Assembly (NCBI GenBank): GCA_963764625.1
Contig: CAVXTH010000007.1
Location: 1-64,000 of the forward strand
Direction of reading: 5' to 3'
DNA from: Candidatus Krumholzibacteriota bacterium
Lineage (GTDB): Bacteria > Krumholzibacteriota > Krumholzibacteriia > JAJRXK01
Length of the DNA: 64,000 nucleotides
Made by a program: the position numbers and the translations under genes. Shown here one piece after another: positions 10,314 to 17,524 of the stretch; position 1 is the first letter of the stretch, and the number at the start of each line of letters is the position of its first letter. The notes beneath the pieces are model-generated. The model saw only the letters and a list, made by a program, of their open reading frames with translations. It was not told where the DNA came from and did no database searches.

Positions 10314-11054
10314 ATGAAAAGTGGCTTCTTTCTGATCACGGGGACTTCACGAGGGATCGGGAAGGCCCTGGCACAATCGCTCCTGGAGGAAGGCCACACG
10401 GTCATGGGAGTGTCGAGGTCCGGCGCCGCCGACCTGCAATCACCCAAGTATGAACACTTGAAATGCGATTTGGCGGAGGCCTCTGCCACTGCTCAGATCA
10501 TCACCAAGGCCGAGACACTCATCGACGAGAGTACCTGCGAGTTTCTCTGTCTGGTCAACAACGCAGCCCGGCTCGAGCCCTTGAAAGCGATCGAGGAGTG
10601 TTCGCCTTTCGAGCTCGAAACCCACGTCCAAATCGGTCTCATCGCGCCCATGGCGCTAACCTCCCGCTTCATTCAGATCTTTTCTCATCTTTCGTGCCGG
10701 AAGAAAGTCGCCTTTATTTCCTCCGGAGCCGCGATAAATCCCATGCTCGATGCCAGCGCCTACTGCAGCACCAAGGCGGGTCTGAGCATGTTCAGCCGTT
10801 GTGTCGGAGGGGAGCAGAGCGACAAGGAGAGCGGTTTCGAGGTCGTATCGATCAATCCGGGGATGGTCGAGACCGCGATGCAAGAACTTGCACGCTCCAA
10901 GACCATCGAGGAATTCAAGATGGCCGATTTTTTCAGGGAGGCGCGCGAGACGGGAAAAGTGCGAGAGCTCGAGGAGGTGGTCGGTGAGATCAAGACGATT
11001 TTGATGGAACGTCAGGAACCCGGCGCGTTCGTGAACTGCGCCGATCACTCATGA
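10314..11054 (+). CDS. SDR family oxidoreductase (benzil/sepiapterin reductase-like)
   Basis: TGTSRGIG Rossmann motif, NNAA, SSGAA, YCSTK catalytic motif; RBS aggagg. Confidence 0.92.
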   Translation: MKSGFFLITGTSRGIGKALAQSLLEEGHTVMGVSRSGAADLQSPKYEHLKCDLAEASATAQIITKAETLIDESTCEFLCLVNNAARLEPLKAIEECSPFELETHVQIGLIAPMALTSRFIQIFSHLSCRKKVAFISSGAAINPMLDASAYCSTKAGLSMFSRCVGGEQSDKESGFEVVSINPGMVETAMQELARSKTIEEFKMADFFREARETGKVRELEEVVGEIKTILMERQEPGAFVNCADHS

Positions 11055-11124
11055 GAAAGCGGTGAGTACGCCTTTAGGTCCCAACTCGATGAGCTTCTTC
11101 GAGCTCATCAGAGAGGTGGAGAGA

Positions 11125-11793
11125 ATGACGAGACCCGTGAAATTCCTCGTTTTGTTCATGGTTCTCTTGACTGCAGGAGTGTCCCAGTCGGCAGAACTCA
11201 CGCTGTACCCCGTGCTCACCGGACACGACGAGCGCGAAGATGGGGTTACCGGTTGTCTGCACGAGACGGCGTTCAGGGCTGGTGTCGCGACGGCCGATCT
11301 GCATCTGAAGGTGGGGGGAGAGTCTGCAGGGTGCGATGCGGAATGGGCGGCGAGCTTCGAATTCGATTTGAGCACGGCGCCCCCGACCGAGCAGATCTAC
11401 AGCGCGACCCTAGTGGTCCGCAAGACCGGCTACTCGGACGATTCGCAGGGCTTTGCCTATCTCGGGGCATTCCAGTACCTGGCCACCGGCTCGGAAGTGC
11501 TGGTACCGCGCGACGATCTCGATCCCCAGACGGCCTTGGATATCGTGTATCCCTCGGCCGCCAACGGCGACTTGTCGTTCGACGTCACTCCGGCCATCCA
11601 GGCCTTTCTTGCCAACCAGGCGGCTCGGGCGGGATTGCTGCTCGCGGGCGTGTATTCCGAGGCCGGCTACGAGGACTGGATTTCGGTCGGAGGCCAGGGC
11701 TACCCCTTGCCTCCACGGCTCATCGTGGAATACCAGGGCACGGTGGATGCCCCGACGACGAGCTGGTCGTCTCTGAAGGCCAGCTTCGACTAG
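11125..11793 (+). CDS. secreted beta-sandwich-type protein with C-terminal SWxxLK tail
   Basis: ATG 11125 after gaggtgga; signal peptide; FEFDLS..IYSATL..FDVT..PRLIVEY pattern resembling DNRLRE/CBM96-like domains; ends VDAPTTSWSSLKASFD. Confidence 0.75.
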   Translation: MTRPVKFLVLFMVLLTAGVSQSAELTLYPVLTGHDEREDGVTGCLHETAFRAGVATADLHLKVGGESAGCDAEWAASFEFDLSTAPPTEQIYSATLVVRKTGYSDDSQGFAYLGAFQYLATGSEVLVPRDDLDPQTALDIVYPSAANGDLSFDVTPAIQAFLANQAARAGLLLAGVYSEAGYEDWISVGGQGYPLPPRLIVEYQGTVDAPTTSWSSLKASFD

Positions 11794-12058
11794 AATGGAA
11801 GCCTCGCCCGCGCCGCTCGGGATGAGCGCCCGGCGGGCCGGCATCCAGCTCTGTATGTAAGTTATTGGAATTGAGATAGTTAGGACACCTACCGCGGCCC
11901 TCGCCCACTCAGGCGCCTCCGTGCCTGTCATCTGACACCTCGGGATTGCGTTTCTCCAGATACAGCGTCGCCAGGCCCCGGAAGTCCCGGGCTTGGACCG
12001 CCCATGCACGATGAGCCACTTCCTCGAGCGCATCGGACGATCAACCTAAGGAGCTGGA

Positions 12059-12646
12059 ATGCCTCGCCATTCAGGGCTCGTGCGTCGTGAGGATGGGCCC
12101 ACGCGCCCGACGCGGACCATTGTGGTTCTCTTGCTTTCGCTGGCGCCCTTGCTGAGTGCCGCGATCGGGCCGGGCTTCGACCACAGCTGGTTCACCGTCG
12201 ACACAGGAGGTGGCCGGAGCGTTGGCGGGGGATATGCCCTCTCGGCCACCGCGGGACAACCCGATGCGGGAGAGATGTCTAGCAGGGGATATTCGTTGCG
12301 GGGAGGGTTCTGGGGTGGAGGGGCGATCGCCACCGCGGTTGCCGATCCGCCACCAAACCGCACGGTCTTCCACGATCGCCTCTATCCCAATCATCCGAAT
12401 CCCTTCAATCCTGCAACGACCGTCACCTTCGAATTGGCAGCCGAAAATACAGTGCACCTGCGGATCTTCAATCTCCATGGGGAGCGTGTGAGGGTGCTGC
12501 TGAACGAACTCCGACCCGCGGGACAACAGACGGTTCGCTGGAACGGTCGCGACGACCGAGATCGAACCGTCGCCAGCGGCGTGTATTTCCTCGTTCTGGA
12601 TGCCGGTGAGTTCCATGCCCGGCAGAAACTCTCACTCGTCCGTTGA
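12059..12646 (+). CDS. small secreted protein with FlgD-Ig/T9SS-like C-terminal domain
   Basis: Hydrophobic leader; Gly-rich WFTVDTGGG..GQPDAG..LRGGFW module; NHPNPFNPATT..LRIFN..WNGRD..VASGVYF CTD. Confidence 0.85.
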   Translation: MPRHSGLVRREDGPTRPTRTIVVLLLSLAPLLSAAIGPGFDHSWFTVDTGGGRSVGGGYALSATAGQPDAGEMSSRGYSLRGGFWGGGAIATAVADPPPNRTVFHDRLYPNHPNPFNPATTVTFELAAENTVHLRIFNLHGERVRVLLNELRPAGQQTVRWNGRDDRDRTVASGVYFLVLDAGEFHARQKLSLVR

Positions 12647-12681
12647 GTTCTAGGCGCTCCGTAAAGGAAAGGAAAGATCCC

Positions 12682-14073
12682 ATGCGCGCTCAAATCCTGA
12701 ACCGGTGTCTCGGAGCGTTGCTGCTCCCCTTGGTGCTGGTCTTGCCAGCCAACGCCCAGCAGCCCTTGACTTCCGCGTTCACCTACCAAGGACAGTTGGA
12801 ACTCAATTCGGGAGCAGTCGATGGGGCGACGGACATGCGTTTCACTCTGTGGGACGCGGAGACCGCGGGGAACGGAGTTGGGACGAGTGTCAACTACGAT
12901 GGAATCTCCAATCCACCGGTCCAGGTGACGGCGGGCAATTTCGAAGTGCTCCTGGATTTCGGCGTCGACAGTTTCGACGGCAACCGCCGATGGCTGGAAG
13001 TGGCGGTACGGTTTCCCGCCGGGAGCGGCGGTTTTACCACTCTGAGTCCTCGCCAGGAACTGACGGCAGCTCCGTACGCAATGCAAACTCGAGGTCTTTT
13101 CGTCGACGCAAACAACCACGTGGGGATTGGCACCCTCACCCCTCTTTGGCCCCTGGACATCATGGCGAACCAGGGAGTGGTTCGTCTGACCACGCGTACC
13201 AGCCCGAATGGATCGGTCCTCGAGCTGAAGAACATAGGAACGACTCCCTCGTATCTTGGGGCGATCAACTTCAACGACGACGCCCAAACCTATCCGGGAC
13301 AGATCTCCTACGATGTGGGCCAGAGCGATCACTTGCTGAAATTCCGGGTACAGGGGTCCACGCCGGCCTGGTACACGCGGTGGGGACTCAACCTTGCCGG
13401 CACCGGTCAGTTTCGCGAGAACGCGGCTCTGCGGTCGGTCAACACAAACTCGAGCGCGGGGATGGCAGCCTACTTCGAGAACAACAGCACCTGGGCCACG
13501 GCACACTTTCAAAACAGTGGCTCGGGGGAGATTCTCTGGCTCCAACACGAGGGTACCGGCAATTACATCGTCGCCACCGATGGAACGGATTGGAAATTCT
13601 GGGTCGACAATGTGGGGACAACGCACACGAAAGTCCTGCAGATCCTTGGCGGCGCGGATCTCTCGGAACAATTCGATGTCTCGTCACCCGATCAGGAGTT
13701 GCTGCCGGGCATGACGGTGTGCATCGATCCCAATCGGGAAGGACGGCTTCTGCTGAGCCGCCACTCCTACGATCATCGTGTGGCGGGTATCGTGAGCGGC
13801 GCGGGCGGAGTGAAACCGGGCATGCTGATGGCCCAGGAGGGGAGCATTGCCGACGGGGGTCACCCGGTGGCTCTGACGGGCCGGGTTTACTGCTGGGTCG
13901 ACGCTACATACGGTCCCATCGCACCGGGCGATCTGCTCACGACCTCGGACACTCCGGGCCATGCTATGAAAGCCAGTGATCACGTCCGCGCGCAGGGGGC
14001 GATTCTGGGCAAGGCCATGGGCCATCTCGAGACGGGCAGAGGGCTCGTTCTCGTGCTAGTGGGATTGCAGTGA
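12682..14073 (+). CDS. secreted fibre/tail-fibre-like protein (AFTYQGQL N-domain, intramolecular-chaperone-like C-domain)
   Basis: ATG 12682 after aggaaagg; signal peptide ending ANA; SAFTYQGQL..LSPRQELTAAPYA, VGIGT unit, C-terminal GGADLSEQF..PVALTGRV..GDLLTTS..GHAMKA..GKAM. Confidence 0.75.
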   Translation: MRAQILNRCLGALLLPLVLVLPANAQQPLTSAFTYQGQLELNSGAVDGATDMRFTLWDAETAGNGVGTSVNYDGISNPPVQVTAGNFEVLLDFGVDSFDGNRRWLEVAVRFPAGSGGFTTLSPRQELTAAPYAMQTRGLFVDANNHVGIGTLTPLWPLDIMANQGVVRLTTRTSPNGSVLELKNIGTTPSYLGAINFNDDAQTYPGQISYDVGQSDHLLKFRVQGSTPAWYTRWGLNLAGTGQFRENAALRSVNTNSSAGMAAYFENNSTWATAHFQNSGSGEILWLQHEGTGNYIVATDGTDWKFWVDNVGTTHTKVLQILGGADLSEQFDVSSPDQELLPGMTVCIDPNREGRLLLSRHSYDHRVAGIVSGAGGVKPGMLMAQEGSIADGGHPVALTGRVYCWVDATYGPIAPGDLLTTSDTPGHAMKASDHVRAQGAILGKAMGHLETGRGLVLVLVGLQ

Positions 14074-16761
14074 GGCCTTTTTCACTCGCAGTGCGTCGAG
14101 GGTTTGCATTGCGGCGTGAGCCTGGCGGAGCAGGGGATGATCGGGAGTCAGCCGCGCTTCCAGACCCTCCAGAGCGGATCGCAGTAGGAGCTCAGCCGCG
14201 TTGAGGTCACCGCGACGCAGGGCGCAGCGGCCGAGATCGAGCTGGATTTCGGCCAGAGCCAGCTTCTCCTCCGGCGCATGCTCCAGAAAGATGGCCTGCG
14301 ACTTCTGCAGGAGAGACTCGGCCTCTGCCACTTTGCCTTCCGCCAATGCAAGAGCACCCAAGCCACGATAGCTGAAGGCAAGGCTCGGATCGTCCTCGCC
14401 CAGAACTCGGCGCCGCAGCTCGAGCACCTCTTCGTAACGCGCCCGCGCCTCTTTCAGCTTTCCCGCACGCTCCAGGAGCACTGCCACGTTATTCAGGACC
14501 GTCAGGGTGGAGGGGTTCTCGGCACCACTCGTTGCACGAAATACTTCGAGCGCTTGCGACATCCATTCGGCGGCCTCGGCGTAGTTTCCCAGCGAGTACT
14601 CCAGGGTCCCCAGGGCGTTGAGGGTGCGCCCCAATTCATAGCTCGGGTTCACGCTGACGGCGTGATGAATCGCAACCGCCTGTCGTAGGTAGTCTCCCGC
14701 CTCTTCTAGCCTTCCTTGTTGGCGGTAGAGAAGAGCGAGGCTGGTCAAGGCGGCCGCCGTGTCAGGATGGCCCTTGGGGTAGAGTTCGCGGCGGATCGAG
14801 AGGCAGCGGAGATAGAGCGACTCGGCCTCGGCGTCGCTTCCCATGGCGGTGAGGACGGCAGCGCGGTTGTGCAGGCTGGTGGCGACATCCGGATGGAGAT
14901 TCCCGAGGCGCTTCACCCTGATGTCCAGGGCGAGCTTGTGCAGGGAGTCCGCCGCGGCATACTGGTCGGTTTTCCCCAAGTTCACGGCGAGATTGTTGAG
15001 GTCAGTGGCAACCTCGGGATCGTCCGGACCCAGCCGCTGGCGATCGAGCTGCAGCACTCGCTTGTGCAGTTCTATGGCCTTCTCCAAGTCACCTTGACCG
15101 GAGTAGGCTACCGCGAGATTGCCCAGGACCGTGCTGGTTTCTTCCGAGTGATCGCGTCCATGCCGGTCCTGGATCGCCAGTGCTTCATTGAGAATCTCCA
15201 GCGCTTGCTCGTAGAGACCCCTTTGCTCGAGCGCACTTCCTAGCTCGGTCAGCACCTTTACGGTTTCGACCGATTCCGGTCCGAAGCCCTGCTCGCTTTC
15301 GTCCCGCGCCTGGGTCAAGAGACTCTCCGCAAGGTCGAAACGTCCCAGCTTCACGTTGAGGTCGCCCAAAAGCAAAAGAAGCTCGGAACGCAACCGGGGT
15401 TGGTCGTGGAGGTGGCTCTGGAGTTTCTTGGCACCCGCATCGAGAACCTCCTCGGTGGTCACCTTCTGACCCAGTCCCACCGCTTGGCTCGATTCACTGA
15501 AAATCTCAACCAAGAATTCCTTCACCTGGTTGGCTCGTGCGGCTTGTCGTGAGGCGATACGAGCCTGCCAAACTGTCGTCAGGAGTCCCCCGAGCAGCGC
15601 GAGCAGGAGCAATCCAGCACTGATGGTTCCCGTCCGATGGCGGCGAAGGAAACGATTGGTCTTATAGCGAGCGGTGGCCGGTCGGGCATGGATGGGAAGC
15701 ATCTGACGGTATCGTTGCAGGTCCTCCGCCAGTGCTTCCGCCGAGCGGTACCTGTGCTCGGGCTCTTTGCGCAGGGCCTTTTCTACGATGGTGCCAAGAT
15801 CTGAGGGAAGAGAGGAGGGTAAAGAGGGCAGATCGGCCGAGAGAATCGCGTCTTCCCACTCGCGTTCGGTCGTTGCCATCGCCGCGAAGGGTGGCTCACC
15901 AGAGAGTAGTTCGTAGAGAACCGTTCCCAAGGCGTACACGTCGCTCGAAGTGGTAACCGGTTCGCCACGGATCTGTTCGGGTGAGGCGTAGCGCGGGGTC
16001 AACAGCCGTGCCACCGTCTGTGTCCGGTCGACCGCCTCCGCTTCTTCCGCCAGGAGTTTGGCGATACCGAAATCCACCAGCTTCACCTGACCGGCGGTGG
16101 ATACGAGGATGTTCGATGGTTTCAGATCGCGGTGCACCACCAGGCGGGAATGCGCATGAGCAACCGCCTGGCAGACATCGATGAAGAGATCGATTCGCTC
16201 GGGCACCCCGAGTTTCAAATTGGCGCACCAATGAGTGATCGACTCTCCGTCGATGTACTCCATTGCGAACCACGGAACGCCCTTTTCGGTCGTTCCACCG
16301 TCGAGCAGGCGCGCGATGTTGGGGTGCTCGAGGGGTGCGAGAATGCGCCGCTCTTGCTCGAAGCGTCGAGCCAGCTTGCCCTCTGGATCGGGTCGGTCAA
16401 GAACCTTCAGTGCTACCCGCTGCTCGAAATCTCCCTCGACTCTCTCCGCCAGAAACACGACCCCCATTCCTCCCCGGCCTATTGTGCGAAGCACCTTCCA
16501 GGGTCCGAAACGCTGGCTCGCAGCTTCTCCCTGAGCCAGGGTTTCGATGAAGTCGTGCGCCCACTGTGCCGGGGGCTTTCCGAAAGGGTCTTGGCCGCTG
16601 CGGTCGGCCCTCAACAGGCGTTCCACCTCGGCAGCGATGAAGGGACTTTCCGAGCGGAGTTGGGCCAGACGCGCTTCGCACTCGGTCTCTTCTAGCTCGA
16701 GGAATTCATCGAGAAGCGCGGTGATCCGTTTCCAGAGTTCGGGATCGGAGCGCTTACTCAT
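14056..16761 (-). CDS. membrane Ser/Thr protein kinase with extracytoplasmic TPR repeats
   Basis: IGRGGMGVV, VALK, HRDLKPSN, DFG, YASPEQ, DVYALG; TM helix; multiple TPR_12-like repeats (LNNLA, HPDVA). Confidence 0.95.
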   Translation of the reverse strand: MSKRSDPELWKRITALLDEFLELEETECEARLAQLRSESPFIAAEVERLLRADRSGQDPFGKPPAQWAHDFIETLAQGEAASQRFGPWKVLRTIGRGGMGVVFLAERVEGDFEQRVALKVLDRPDPEGKLARRFEQERRILAPLEHPNIARLLDGGTTEKGVPWFAMEYIDGESITHWCANLKLGVPERIDLFIDVCQAVAHAHSRLVVHRDLKPSNILVSTAGQVKLVDFGIAKLLAEEAEAVDRTQTVARLLTPRYASPEQIRGEPVTTSSDVYALGTVLYELLSGEPPFAAMATTEREWEDAILSADLPSLPSSLPSDLGTIVEKALRKEPEHRYRSAEALAEDLQRYRQMLPIHARPATARYKTNRFLRRHRTGTISAGLLLLALLGGLLTTVWQARIASRQAARANQVKEFLVEIFSESSQAVGLGQKVTTEEVLDAGAKKLQSHLHDQPRLRSELLLLLGDLNVKLGRFDLAESLLTQARDESEQGFGPESVETVKVLTELGSALEQRGLYEQALEILNEALAIQDRHGRDHSEETSTVLGNLAVAYSGQGDLEKAIELHKRVLQLDRQRLGPDDPEVATDLNNLAVNLGKTDQYAAADSLHKLALDIRVKRLGNLHPDVATSLHNRAAVLTAMGSDAEAESLYLRCLSIRRELYPKGHPDTAAALTSLALLYRQQGRLEEAGDYLRQAVAIHHAVSVNPSYELGRTLNALGTLEYSLGNYAEAAEWMSQALEVFRATSGAENPSTLTVLNNVAVLLERAGKLKEARARYEEVLELRRRVLGEDDPSLAFSYRGLGALALAEGKVAEAESLLQKSQAIFLEHAPEEKLALAEIQLDLGRCALRRGDLNAAELLLRSALEGLEARLTPDHPLLRQAHAAMQTLDALRVKKASLQSH

Positions 16762-17350
16762 GGCCGGAATCCGTTTCTGTGGCCTTCTCCTCCAACTCCG
16801 CTACCAGGAATGCGCGTGCCTTCCGCCAGTCACGCAAGATCGTACGCTGCGTCCGGGACTTCAGCTTGGCCACTTCTTCCACGCTGAGGCCGCCGAAGTA
16901 TCGCAACTCAACGACCTCGGCCAGACGGGGATCGACGGCGGCGAGGCGATCCAGTGCCTCGTCCAGATCGAGAAATGCCGCCACATCCTGTTCGACGGTG
17001 GCGGCTTCGGACTGCATTAGATCGAAGGAGATGAACTTCCCTTCGCCTCCGCGCTTGTCCGCCCGCCGACGTCGCGCGTGGTCGCGGAGTAGCTGCCTCA
17101 TGGCGAGGCATGCCACGCTGAAGAAGTGTTCACGGTCATTGAGTGAGGGAGTTTGCTGACCGAAAACCTTGATGTAGGCCTCGTGCACCAAGGCAGTGGT
17201 GTCGAGAGTCCGTCCGCCCCTCGGAGAGAGCTGCCGACGGGCGATGATCCGCAGTTCCTCGTAGACCTCAGGCAGGAGCAGCTCCAGGGCGCCTGGGTCG
17301 CCGTCCCGAGCAAGCCGGAGCAGACGAGTGATTTCGCCCTGATCCGCCAT
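16754..17350 (-). CDS. ECF sigma factor, TIGR02999/ECF43 type
   Basis: EITRLL..YEELRIIARR..TLDTTALVHEAY..DHARRRRADKRGG..VVELRYFGGLS..DWRKARAFL; start reassigned to ATG 17350; overlaps kinase start. Confidence 0.93.
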   Translation of the reverse strand: MADQGEITRLLRLARDGDPGALELLLPEVYEELRIIARRQLSPRGGRTLDTTALVHEAYIKVFGQQTPSLNDREHFFSVACLAMRQLLRDHARRRRADKRGGEGKFISFDLMQSEAATVEQDVAAFLDLDEALDRLAAVDPRLAEVVELRYFGGLSVEEVAKLKSRTQRTILRDWRKARAFLVAELEEKATETDSGHE

Positions 17351-17524
17351 CCTTCCGCCGTTCCTTGCGTTCAGCTCACTCCCAACTTCGAGCCGTGTCC
17401 GCTCGGGCCGCCCTACGACCCTAAAGTCACGGTCCATGATGGAGTTGATCATAGCCGAACGGATCGCGCCGGGATAGCGGCAAGGATCTGACGGGCCAGG
17501 ACGCATCCGAGGGGAAGAAACGAA

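Noticed and set aside
12682-14073. Prophage tail gene
   Set aside because: It has a Sec signal peptide and no capsid, terminase, integrase or other phage genes nearby
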